From NCBI GenBank assembly GCA_030698565.1, contig JAUYJS010000008.1, positions 86,513 through 150,512 on the forward strand: a DNA stretch of 64,000 nt, written 5' to 3'. The position numbers were made by a program, and so were the translations under genes. Shown piece by piece: positions 51,101 through 59,574 of the stretch; the stretch's first letter is position 1; every line of letters begins with the position of its first letter. The stretch is from Candidatus Shapirobacteria bacterium (lineage in GTDB: Bacteria; Patescibacteriota; Microgenomatia; UBA12405). The notes under the pieces were generated by a model that ran no database searches, was not told the origin of the DNA, and saw only the letters and a list, made by a program, of their open reading frames with translations.

Positions 51101-51843
51101 TGGATGAAAACTCAACACTCCTTCAAAACGCAATCCTGATTTCAGGGTGGGGTACTAGTGCTTTAGATGGTATTGGTGCAATGGAAGTTGTTGATGTGGC
51201 AGCAGACAATTCAGAAAAATTTTATAAACAAGCAAAAGGATTTATTCTAGAAAGAAGTGGATTAAAAGAAGAGGTTTTTCGCGATGGAACTGAGAAAAAA
51301 GGAGTGGAAAATCGTACAGTAGGGTTAGTCAGCTTTAATCATCTAGCCAGGACACTTAGGTCTTTTCAGGTATTATCTGTATCTCTAAAAGCTTTTCAAA
51401 CCTATAAAAAAACATTTGGTAGTACTAGGGGAAGAGAAATAGTTTTATTTGTTAGAAAAAAACTAGATGAGAGTAGATCTCTATCAGAAATAATGACTGA
51501 TTCAACCAGAATAGCACCTGAATTTAAAGACGAAAAAATAAAGAAACTAGCCATATTATGGGCATATTTTCGGGAAAACACAACAATAAACTTCGAGGAA
51601 AAACAAACATCGGCAGGTAAATACCGTTTAAAATCACCACTGTTAGAATACAGTCCTCGTGATATGACCCGTTTAGGTGGGGAATTATTTAAAGTTTTTG
51701 GTGGTAGAAAGGATGATGGTGGTTTAGAGGAAGACGCTCTAAAGTCTTACCATAAAAGGCCTCGTAAAGGCAGTTTACCCGATATTGAAAGACAGCTCAT
51801 TATTAGTTGCCGTCGAGAAGTAATCAAAATTCTAAAAAATTAG
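48109..51843 (+). CDS. Large multidomain protein of 1244 aa with a C-terminal YbdK/GCS2-like carboxylate-amine ligase (glutamine-synthetase-fold) domain
   Basis: C-terminal motifs 'SLGIEIEVV', then ~78 aa, 'ATHEF', then ~42 aa, 'GLHLTIS'. These mirror YbdK's 'LGIELEMQVV', 'GTHPF' and 'HVHVG' in order and spacing. The N-terminal ~850 aa are unassigned and have no TM segment or signal peptide. Confidence 0.55.
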   Translation: MAEPGGPEGPQIPRSETNKPSETRRIFDALKAGITGQIPPKEVFKQILNVATETKLTAQSSVSVIETVVSEPIVEQEKVLDLHEASVKKIDQYLEAIKADKSRESFLQKNLDEVNYGRERLRKLASKNPIDRLYLAKDRRDVIAKLGQNGINNPEVLVEMLESIGSDLLLASRDVSKRVKDENGMRTRIGEPVYVEYTDYRELGRKINLETVIELNKGLGDAQKIGEAIRVGEIFGLAGYQLAENTDLLITLGKIPITRLNEIVDKLKEFSCIYQFNNCKTVEAKKKFGELMTRFAKDPIYFQGIVDNLKDAERLFRVSRSINDPILLEDLDRGNTDSQVLTVIGNMLTEDTSDINLDFRSTVHTLKINPESTREIIKLIDSGFTIDKETASQMSGYRFKEKLATKIRTATDILISDESGSRLVKYLTGFLGISDFDGLFHATEITDKIKTRLADGSADDSLDNTDVILSEIVTHLNNDKEFADRVFKGREDLLLSLAKKMDPARLGEVIKSTASTFSPESAIFWQFFSKHGNFKDFLLNHYQDFHRFFTKIDNKFVPTLACVKTMIASNDSNCVDYLRDEFSSNQRMETLPVEEQVTLATTIIRSLEYYQEVSNRAWPERAALLKKYMSDGKLNQQFFEDIACSNTTLAINLLTDHNLSLMSLEDRYFWSIFKKINPNIRRDFLDLKENFGQYVDNDGHLKAELFETLAKKGRLEAVNRALDLETISNFPEEKRKYWQLLINLKSVQAKEALLGIIEPLSQYAETGDTKLLIEQVNSLGIDEAGSLVGKSLQLDFLDIDQRYLTPIGLTGWNTYKEFLAQKQNEVGPLTAVDFEKIISISREKVIKRLKAIKSMELTVPEGLRVSLGIEIEVVKNGLARTGKITEDEIVEYNQACQQAGKRQSIFVEDFIKEIGQKIQDAKYLYRNQTTLVDEMDVGRGNDATHEFANRPVQNYSLLLWELSELQHLGYINFDRKFLQHIEKGLHLTISAESGGIVLDENSTLLQNAILISGWGTSALDGIGAMEVVDVAADNSEKFYKQAKGFILERSGLKEEVFRDGTEKKGVENRTVGLVSFNHLARTLRSFQVLSVSLKAFQTYKKTFGSTRGREIVLFVRKKLDESRSLSEIMTDSTRIAPEFKDEKIKKLAILWAYFRENTTINFEEKQTSAGKYRLKSPLLEYSPRDMTRLGGELFKVFGGRKDDGGLEEDALKSYHKRPRKGSLPDIERQLIISCRREVIKILKN

Positions 51844-52625
51844 TCTTTATGAAAAAATGCCCTCTTCAAGTCCACCTTTTCTGATCCAATTTTCGGCCAC
51901 ATGAATAAAAACTGAGGGGTAAAAACCAAAAAATTTAAAATATATAAAATTTCTGCCCCCCCCTTTTTCAAAGGGGGGTTGGGGGGGATTTGAGTAGCCA
52001 AAAGACAGAGGATTTCATTATATCCAGTGGCAGTATATTTTTTCGCCCACCCGTTTTCTTCTATAAATTTTTTATAAATATTATCTTTATTAATTAATGG
52101 TTTCATTAAAACCAAATCAATGGCATTTTTTAAATTATGCTTGTCTTTGGGTAATTTTAAAGCATTTTCATCTAGCCAAAAATTAAAACAAAACTGATCT
52201 CTTTTTTCCTGTTGTCCATATCGGCGATGGGGCAGGTGGTGACTAAAAATATACCATCTTAGTAATAGTCGAACGATCCATAAAGTATCTTTTTTGGTAA
52301 TTATTAGTAAATCAATATCATCGTTTTTTGCAGGATACCCGGCTGCGACCGAACCAGTTAAACCAATAAATAAAATATCTTTAAATTTTTGGCCAATAAT
52401 ATCGGCTAAATTTTTAGCCTTTTTAGTTTTAGTAATCAGCCAATAATTATTATTACTTTTTACTAAAGAATTTTTAAGTCTATTTTTACTTAAACCTTCC
52501 TTAATTTCTTTGTCCAGATAAACATCTTTACTGATCAATCTTTGCTTTAATTCATCAAAAGTGAGTTGTACCCCAAACTCTTTGGCATAACTCATAGTTT
52601 CCTCAATTGACCTTGCTAAATTCAT
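51840..52625 (-). CDS. Nucleotidyltransferase-fold protein
   Basis: 'GLTGSVAAGYPAKNDDIDLLIIT' GS-x11-DhD motif. The C-terminal codons run through a C8/G7 homopolymer hairpin. Confidence 0.5.
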   Translation of the reverse strand: MNLARSIEETMSYAKEFGVQLTFDELKQRLISKDVYLDKEIKEGLSKNRLKNSLVKSNNNYWLITKTKKAKNLADIIGQKFKDILFIGLTGSVAAGYPAKNDDIDLLIITKKDTLWIVRLLLRWYIFSHHLPHRRYGQQEKRDQFCFNFWLDENALKLPKDKHNLKNAIDLVLMKPLINKDNIYKKFIEENGWAKKYTATGYNEILCLLATQIPPNPPLKKGGAEILYILNFLVFTPQFLFMWPKIGSEKVDLKRAFFHKD

Positions 52626-52682
52626 ACATTTAATTTTAACTTAGTTTTTTGCTCTATTTTGATATAATTACTTGCCCAGCTT

Positions 52683-54203
52683 ATGAAACCCAAACCAAAA
52701 ATCTATCGTCTCTGGGAAGCCATCCCTGGTTTTTTTGCTTGGATGGTAATTTTATTTCCCATTTGGGGCGCTTATTTAGTACCCAAGGCCGTGGCTTATT
52801 TTGTCATCTCCTTTCTGGTTTACTGGCTTTATCAATCATTTAAATCCTCTTATTTGGCTGTTTTTGGTTACTTTAAAATTAAAGCCGACAAAAAACGTGA
52901 CTGGCTGGAATCCTTTAAGGAAGACTTTCGGGCTAATTGGTTGCATTATGCCGATATTAACCATGTCATCATCATCTCTTCTTATAAGGAGCTCAATGAT
53001 GTTATTGAAATGGCTTTTGGTAGTTTGGCAGCCCAAGTCGATATTGATTTAAAAAAACTTCATGTAGTTTTAGCTCAAGAAGCTCGAGCAGGACAGGAAA
53101 ATAATCAAAAGACTGTTGATTATTTTTTATCAAATTACAAAGATACTTTTGGATCCTTAACTTTTACCGAACATCCAGCCAATCTTCCTGGAGAAACCCC
53201 AGGTAAACACACTAACGAAGCGTGGGCAGCCAAGTATTTTAAAAAAGAATTTATTACCACCAACCCTAGATCACTTAAAAAATTTAGTATCAATCATTTA
53301 ACTCTGACATCCTGTGACGTCGATACGATTTTTCACCCCAAATATTTTTCAGCTTTAACCTACCGTTTTGCTTCAAATCCTAATCGCTATGTTCGTTTTT
53401 GGCAGTCACCCATATTTTGGCACCACAATATTAATGATGTTCCCGGGCCCATCCGGATAATTGGTACTATGGGCAATGTGATTCATATTGCCAATATTCA
53501 GGAACCAGATGGTTTGTTTTTTAATTATTCCTGCTACTCCTCTTCTTATAAATTGATTGATTTAGCCGGGTACTGGGATCCCGACATGATCCCTGAAGAT
53601 TGGCATATATTCTTGCAAGCCTTTTTTGCTTCTGGCGGCAAGGCATTAGTTGAACCAATATTTTTACCTACAATTGTCGATGCACCCGAAGGTAAAACTT
53701 ATTGGTTAGCTTTAAAAAATCGGTACAATCAATGTTTACGTCACGCCTGGGGAGCGATCGATATTCCATATACAATTGAACAAGCCAGAATTCACACCGA
53801 GATCCCTCTTATTACTCGAGTTTTAAGGATTTTTAAAATTATCCAAACCCATTTAATTTGGTCGAGTAATTGGTTTGTCTTAACTTTGGGTACTTCATTG
53901 CCAGTAATTCTAAATCCTCATTTTTTTCAAACAGCTATTGGTTATAACTTACCCAGAATTTCCAATTTAATTTTAACTATTTGTCTTATCCCATTATTTA
54001 TCTTAATTATTTTGGACTGGAAACTACGACCCGTGTCTCAGAAAAAAGGGTTTAAAGTATTTATAAAAAATCTACTTCAATGGCCCTTTTTTCCCATTGC
54101 CACTTTAACTATGTCAGTTTTACCCGGGCTGCATTCACACACTCGTCTACTTTTTGGTAAAAAATTGGAATATAAAACCACTGTCAAAAAAGCCAGCGTT
54201 TAA
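52683..54203 (+). CDS. Membrane-embedded GT2-like glycosyltransferase (synthase type)
   Basis: N- and C-terminal TM helices. 'SCDVD' DxD motif and 'QCLRHAWGA' resembling Q-x-x-R-W. Confidence 0.55.
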   Translation: MKPKPKIYRLWEAIPGFFAWMVILFPIWGAYLVPKAVAYFVISFLVYWLYQSFKSSYLAVFGYFKIKADKKRDWLESFKEDFRANWLHYADINHVIIISSYKELNDVIEMAFGSLAAQVDIDLKKLHVVLAQEARAGQENNQKTVDYFLSNYKDTFGSLTFTEHPANLPGETPGKHTNEAWAAKYFKKEFITTNPRSLKKFSINHLTLTSCDVDTIFHPKYFSALTYRFASNPNRYVRFWQSPIFWHHNINDVPGPIRIIGTMGNVIHIANIQEPDGLFFNYSCYSSSYKLIDLAGYWDPDMIPEDWHIFLQAFFASGGKALVEPIFLPTIVDAPEGKTYWLALKNRYNQCLRHAWGAIDIPYTIEQARIHTEIPLITRVLRIFKIIQTHLIWSSNWFVLTLGTSLPVILNPHFFQTAIGYNLPRISNLILTICLIPLFILIILDWKLRPVSQKKGFKVFIKNLLQWPFFPIATLTMSVLPGLHSHTRLLFGKKLEYKTTVKKASV

Positions 54204-54219
54204 TGTAGAATATAAATAA

Positions 54220-55695
54220 ATGGTAAAGATTCTTAAGCATAAATATTGGCTAATTCCCTTAGTCTTCTTTTTTCTATTAAGATTACCTTCTTTATTCGAA
54301 CCTTATTGGTATGGCGATGAAGGTATTTATCTCACCTTGGGCCAGGGGATTAGAAAAGGACTAACACTTTATAGTCAAATTTATGACAACAAACCCCCTC
54401 TGCTTTATTATTTAGCCGCTTTTGGTCGTTCGGTCTTCGGTTTTAGATTATTGCTATTAATTTGGATGATTCCCACTATTTACGCCTTCTTTAAACTGGC
54501 CAATAAGTTTTTTTCCAAACATCTAAGCTATTTTGCTACCCTTATATTTTTATTTATCACATCAATTCCTCTTATTGAAGGCAATATTGCTAATGCTGAA
54601 ATATTTATGCTTTTACCCACTATTTTGGGTATATTTTATTTTTATAAAGCCACCACTGTCTGGCAATATTTTTTGGCGTCATTGTTTTTAGGAATCGCTT
54701 TTACTATTAAATTTCCAGTAATTTTTGAGTTTATTTTCATTATAGCCTTTCTTTTTTTGAAAAAATTTAATTTGTTTTCGGAGTTTTCACTTAAAAGATT
54801 GATTAAAGTTTTACCTTCTTTTTCACTTGATTTGTTTGTTATGTTGTCTGGGTTTATTCTACCTATTTTACTTTGGGCTGCCTATTTTGCGTCAAAATCA
54901 ACATTTTTACCATTTCTATCGGCTGCCTTATTGCGCAATTTTTCTTACGTATCTTCTTGGAGTACTGGCAACCAGCAAAGTTCATTCATGGCGGGTGGGT
55001 TAATGCTTCGTGGACTTTTATTTTTAGCCGCATTTATCAGTGTTTACTTTTTAGTATTAAAAAAATTAATAGATACAAAACTGGCTTTTCTTTTGTTTTG
55101 GTTTGCCACCTCCATTTTTGCTGCAACAATTTCCGGCCGGCCTTATCCTCATTATTTAATTCAAATTCTACCTCCGTTGTGCCTTTTATTACTTTATTTT
55201 TTTTCTCATAAAGAAAAATTTGTTGGTTTATCTATCGGTCTATCGTTATTTTTTCTCACTTTAACTATTGTTAGGCTTAACTTTTATTTTTACCCTGTTT
55301 TAGATTATTACACCAATTTTTATTCTTACGCTTTTCATCTTGATTCAAAAGATAAATATCTTGCCAGTTTTGGTTCGGATATAAACAACAGCTATAAATT
55401 AGCTCAATATATAAAAAATAATTCTTCACCGCAAGATAAAATATTTATTTGGAGTGACAACTCTAATATTTATGCTCTAAGTGATCGTTTACCAGCCAGT
55501 CGTTTTATTGTGGCTTACCATGTAATTGATTTTGGTTCATTTGAAGACACTGCCAATCAGCTTAAAGCCAATTTACCCAAATTTATTATCTACTCGTCAG
55601 TTAATCAGCCGTTTACCCAACTGGATAAATTTATTAACCATTATTATTTTATTAGTCAAGTTTACGATCAGACCATACTTTTTCAGTTAAGGTAA
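54220..55695 (+). CDS. Polytopic membrane glycosyltransferase (ArnT/PMT-like, GT39/83 type)
   Basis: More than 10 TM helices and an N-terminal 'YWYGDEGIYL' loop. Confidence 0.5.
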   Translation: MVKILKHKYWLIPLVFFFLLRLPSLFEPYWYGDEGIYLTLGQGIRKGLTLYSQIYDNKPPLLYYLAAFGRSVFGFRLLLLIWMIPTIYAFFKLANKFFSKHLSYFATLIFLFITSIPLIEGNIANAEIFMLLPTILGIFYFYKATTVWQYFLASLFLGIAFTIKFPVIFEFIFIIAFLFLKKFNLFSEFSLKRLIKVLPSFSLDLFVMLSGFILPILLWAAYFASKSTFLPFLSAALLRNFSYVSSWSTGNQQSSFMAGGLMLRGLLFLAAFISVYFLVLKKLIDTKLAFLLFWFATSIFAATISGRPYPHYLIQILPPLCLLLLYFFSHKEKFVGLSIGLSLFFLTLTIVRLNFYFYPVLDYYTNFYSYAFHLDSKDKYLASFGSDINNSYKLAQYIKNNSSPQDKIFIWSDNSNIYALSDRLPASRFIVAYHVIDFGSFEDTANQLKANLPKFIIYSSVNQPFTQLDKFINHYYFISQVYDQTILFQLR

Positions 55696-55699
55696 TCTT

Positions 55700-56080
55700 A
55701 TGTCTATTTTAAAATCAGTGTCTTTGTCCGTTTCTATTCTGGGTGAATTTTGGCAAGAAAAAATTAACGGCATAGTTTTTCGTTGGAACGTTTTAATTAT
55801 TATTTTAGAATTAAGCTTTTTATTTTTAAAATTTAATGATTTACCAGTTCAAGTACCTCTATATTTTTCCTTGCCTTGGGGGGAATCACAACTGGCTTCA
55901 GCCTCAACTCTATTCCTACTACCAGCTTTTTCCATAGTAGTCTTATTGTTAAATAACCTTTTGGCCGCACTGTTTTTAAAATCAATTCAGTTATTATCCC
56001 GATTGTTGGTCGTATTCTCTCTTATATTTTCCTTTCTTTCAGCCATTTCTCTTTATAAAATTATTACCCTCATTTCTTAA
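55700..56080 (+). CDS. Small membrane protein
   Basis: 126 aa with four TM helices. Confidence 0.35.
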   Translation: MSILKSVSLSVSILGEFWQEKINGIVFRWNVLIIILELSFLFLKFNDLPVQVPLYFSLPWGESQLASASTLFLLPAFSIVVLLLNNLLAALFLKSIQLLSRLLVVFSLIFSFLSAISLYKIITLIS

Positions 56081-57136
56081 ATGTGGATTAAATTTTTATT
56101 GGCTATCATAATTTCAGCAGCCATTTCCGCCTTTTTTACTCCTCAAGTCCGTCGGTTCTTTGTACATCATCATTGGGTTGAAGACCCAAAAGAAAAGGAT
56201 CTTAAAACTAAAAATGCCACCGCGACAGCACCCGTTCCCCGAGGTGGTGGACTGCCTATTTTTCTAGGTATTTTTATTAGCACTATAATTTTATTGCCTC
56301 CCGACAAACACCTTTTAGGAATTCTATTAGCCGCTTTTTTGTCTTTAGTCGTCGGACTTTGGGATGATATAAAAGATATAAGTCCAAAATTAAGGCTAGT
56401 ATTTAATATCGTTTCAGCTTTGATTGTCGTGGCTTCTGGTATTGGTATTGCCTTTGTTTCCAATCCTTTCGGTGGAGTCATTAACTTATCGATTTGGCAG
56501 TTTAGTTTTAATTTTTTGGGCGACCACAGTATTTGGGTAATTTCCGATTTATTAGCTCTTGTTTGGATAATTTGGTGTATGAATATTGTCGGTTGGGCCA
56601 GTGGTATTGAAGGTCAATTACCAGGATTTACTGCCATTTCAGCTTTTTTTATTGGTATTTTAGCCCTAAAATATTCAACAGATATTACCCAATGGCCGGT
56701 AATAATTTTAGCTGGGGCTGTTAGCGGGGCTTATTTAGGATTCTTGCCATTTAATTTTTATCCCCAAAGCATCATGCCTGGTTATAGCGGTAAAAGTTTG
56801 GCTGGTTTTTTCCTGGCGGTTTTAGCCATTTTATCGGGAGCTAAGCTAGCCACAGTAATTCTCCTTTTGGGTGTACCAATGCTAGATGCTGTCTTTACTA
56901 TTTTTAGACGAATTAAAGAGAAAAAGCCAGTTTATCTTGGCGATGGTCGACATTTTCATCACAACCTTTTGAAACTGGGTTGGAGTCGCAGGTCAATTTC
57001 ACTTTTTTATTGGTCTTTTAGTTTAGTTTTAGGAATTGCTTCTTTGGCTCTCAACAGTCAACAAAAGTTTTATGTCTTTACCGGATTAACCTTAATTTTA
57101 TTCAGCCTTTTTATTGGGATTTCTCGGCGTACTTAG
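56081..57136 (+). CDS. Polyprenyl-phosphate N-acetylhexosamine-1-phosphate transferase (MraY/WecA family, GT4)
   Basis: 'GLWDDIKDISPKLRL' DDxxD, 'VPMLDAVFTIFRR' and 'HFHHNLLKLGW' C-terminal motifs. Confidence 0.8.
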   Translation: MWIKFLLAIIISAAISAFFTPQVRRFFVHHHWVEDPKEKDLKTKNATATAPVPRGGGLPIFLGIFISTIILLPPDKHLLGILLAAFLSLVVGLWDDIKDISPKLRLVFNIVSALIVVASGIGIAFVSNPFGGVINLSIWQFSFNFLGDHSIWVISDLLALVWIIWCMNIVGWASGIEGQLPGFTAISAFFIGILALKYSTDITQWPVIILAGAVSGAYLGFLPFNFYPQSIMPGYSGKSLAGFFLAVLAILSGAKLATVILLLGVPMLDAVFTIFRRIKEKKPVYLGDGRHFHHNLLKLGWSRRSISLFYWSFSLVLGIASLALNSQQKFYVFTGLTLILFSLFIGISRRT

Positions 57137-57902
57137 CTGATATCCATCCGCTTTTACCATTTCCTAAATCAATTTTATCCCACTCAGTTGTTTCCTCTAA
57201 TAAAGTATATTTTTCCTTGGGTTTAACTCTACCAACCTCTATCGCAGCGCTCGACGAACTTTCCCGCACTCGAAGCCAACCCGTTTCAGTTTCTTTAATT
57301 GTTATTGAATTGTTTAGCTGAGCAGTTGGGTTTGCTTCCAATTGAATATCATCAGTCTTAATATCTTCTTCGGCTAATTTATTTTCGATTATAAATTGAT
57401 AACTATTAACAGCCTTGATAAAGACATTGGCACTTTTGTAACCCGGGAAAGAAATCGTAATTTGTCGATCTCCCTCACCAATATCATCAATTTTTAAAGG
57501 CGAGTAATCTTTGATTTCTCCATCAATAGCCACGCTGGATTTATTGGGAAAAGAGTTGACTAAAATGCCAGCTCTCTTGTCATCACCGGTTTTTTCCATA
57601 TAGAGTACATAACCACCCGACAAATTATCCTGGCTGCCAAATTCCCAATCAATCACAGTATTAGAATTGTTTTGCAATTTTATTTTTTGTTGCCATTGTT
57701 GATCACCGGCAATTAACTTAACTTCACTATCACCAGGAGACAGGGAAGTGTTTTTATAAGGTGTCATCCCCATTTCCTTACCATTAATGATTACTTTAGC
57801 TGCCGGGTAGCTCATTATTTCCACACCTGATCTTTTTGGCGTCAAGGCACAGCCGCTTAAAACAAACGACGAAATTAAAATAATAGCTAGCCTTAATAAC
57901 AT
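57111..57902 (-). CDS. Lipoprotein with PEGA-like domains and a C-terminal SH3b domain
   Basis: Lipobox 'VLSGC'. 'VIINGKEMGMTPY' PEGA-like segment. C-terminal 'GWLRVRE...GKSGWISAKY'. Confidence 0.55.
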   Translation of the reverse strand: MLLRLAIILISSFVLSGCALTPKRSGVEIMSYPAAKVIINGKEMGMTPYKNTSLSPGDSEVKLIAGDQQWQQKIKLQNNSNTVIDWEFGSQDNLSGGYVLYMEKTGDDKRAGILVNSFPNKSSVAIDGEIKDYSPLKIDDIGEGDRQITISFPGYKSANVFIKAVNSYQFIIENKLAEEDIKTDDIQLEANPTAQLNNSITIKETETGWLRVRESSSSAAIEVGRVKPKEKYTLLEETTEWDKIDLGNGKSGWISAKYAEKSQ

Positions 57903-57938
57903 GTAAATTCTATTTTAGCTTAATTTTTTTCAATGGAC

Positions 57939-58484
57939 TTAAGCAATACAAGATTCTACGGCTCTAAATACCGCCTCGCCTAAATCATTTTCAACCAAAA
58001 TAGTTCCGCTACGTGTTATTTTATTAATTCCCATTCCTGAGTCCCTCCCTTTCCATTCTATTTCTTCAATGACTCCAGTTTCAGACAAAACACCACTCAC
58101 CCAACACTTATTCTCATTGCTTTCAGATTCATTAGTAGGGAAATCAAAAGAAAGCCTGACACCTCTCCACCACTGTTTTTCACCCATCCTTATAGAAGTA
58201 TACCTAATTTCAGCTGGTCCGAAAGATAATCCTACTACCCTAGAATCTCGAAGCTCCTCAAAAATACCACTTAACCCCGACTCCCTACAGAGTCCTTCTG
58301 TTTCCCGTAGTTGTTCTTCTCGCTCTAATCTTTCTTTTTCTCTTTGTTGCATTTCTTGTATTCCGGCGATCCGGATTCCAGCGGAAACTGTATTAATTTG
58401 GTTACCAATTTCCTTAATTCTTACAACCATTCTTTCATTTTGATTCATAAAATGGTTTATATCATAAAGAAAATATTTGTACAA
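57939..58484 (-). CDS. Hypothetical protein
   Basis: 181-aa ORF with no motif. Confidence 0.35.
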   Translation of the reverse strand: MYKYFLYDINHFMNQNERMVVRIKEIGNQINTVSAGIRIAGIQEMQQREKERLEREEQLRETEGLCRESGLSGIFEELRDSRVVGLSFGPAEIRYTSIRMGEKQWWRGVRLSFDFPTNESESNENKCWVSGVLSETGVIEEIEWKGRDSGMGINKITRSGTILVENDLGEAVFRAVESCIA

Positions 58485-58553
58485 TAATTAATCGCGAGTC
58501 TTTACTAGAAAAGTTTAATTTAAATTTATTTAAAAGTCTGCTATATTTATTTA

Positions 58554-59534
58554 ATGGGTAAATATGGGACATGGCTTATCGCCGTATCTATGGTTGCTCC
58601 ATTTTTTATAATTCTGTTTCAGAACCGGGCTGATCTAAATAGTCCACAGGTACTCTCTTCGACTTCAACTATTTCCAATAACGAGTCTGTAGTTAGTTTT
58701 GGTCTGATGGGGGATTTGGGTTTAGGCCGCAATATTACAGCTCAAGCCCGGCTTAAAAAAGATTTTAATTGGAGTTTTGGAGGAGTAACAGAATGGTTAA
58801 CCCAAAACGATTTTAATTTATCCAATCTTGAAAGTCCGATAATTAAAGATTGCTCCACCGACTTCAAAAATACTATGATTTTTTGCGGCGATCCTCAATT
58901 TTTACCCAGTCTAAAATATAATAAATTTATATTAAGTCTGGCCAATAATCACATCTTTAATTATGGTCAAAACGGCTTTACTCAAACCAAAGACTATTTA
59001 TCCCAAAACGATATAAATTTTGTATATTCTGATCCACCTGTCATTGCGAGCGATAGTGTGGCAATCTCTCCCAATTCAATATTAACCCTCAAACAAATCA
59101 ACGGCATTAAATTTGGCTTTTTAGCCTACGATTTGGTTATTAGTGGGCGCGTCATTGCGAGCGATAGTGTGGCAATCTCAAACGATATTAAAAAATATAA
59201 ACCCGAAGTTGATTGGCTCATCGTTTCCCTTCATTGGGGTAATGAGTATTTATCTAAACCAGAAAAGTGGCAAATTGACTTAGTCCACCAACTAATTGAT
59301 GTCGGCGCTGATATTATTGCCGGTCACCACCCACATGTTGTCCAGCCCGTAGAAACATATAAAAATAAGCTGATTTTTTATTCTTTAGGTAATTTTATTT
59401 TTGATCAAAATTGGTCCCAAGCCACTTCCGAATCGGAAATTTATCGCCTTAAAGTCTCAAAAGATAAAATCTTAAATATCGACAAAACACCCATAATAAT
59501 AAAGTCCAATTCCCGCCCAGAGATAAGAAAATAA
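58554..59534 (+). CDS. CapA/PgsA-family metallophosphatase-like protein containing an in-frame internal duplication
   Basis: 'FGLMGDLGLGR', then 'HWGNEY' and 'GADIIAGHHPHVVQP'. The 29-bp exact direct repeat GTCATTGCGAGCGATAGTGTGGCAATCTC occurs at 59040 and 59151. Confidence 0.65.
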   Translation: MGKYGTWLIAVSMVAPFFIILFQNRADLNSPQVLSSTSTISNNESVVSFGLMGDLGLGRNITAQARLKKDFNWSFGGVTEWLTQNDFNLSNLESPIIKDCSTDFKNTMIFCGDPQFLPSLKYNKFILSLANNHIFNYGQNGFTQTKDYLSQNDINFVYSDPPVIASDSVAISPNSILTLKQINGIKFGFLAYDLVISGRVIASDSVAISNDIKKYKPEVDWLIVSLHWGNEYLSKPEKWQIDLVHQLIDVGADIIAGHHPHVVQPVETYKNKLIFYSLGNFIFDQNWSQATSESEIYRLKVSKDKILNIDKTPIIIKSNSRPEIRK

Positions 59535-59574
59535 GTTTGTAATGCCAGTGTATGTATGATATAAGTTTTGGAAT

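Noticed and set aside
52649-53052. Overlapping small ORFs (52649-52843, 52801-53052, 52836-53036) at the GT2 gene start
   Set aside because: The 506-aa ORF 52683-54203 is continuous, with glycosyltransferase motifs.
54873-55211. 112-aa alternative-frame ORF inside the GT39/83-like gene
   Set aside because: It is on the same strand but out of frame, inside a long membrane-protein gene. The hydrophobic codon bias keeps stray frames open.
59040-59179. Possible CRISPR or IS terminal repeats
   Set aside because: Only two 29-bp copies exist, they are in frame inside an ORF, and they are separated by 82 bp of coding sequence. No transposase is present.
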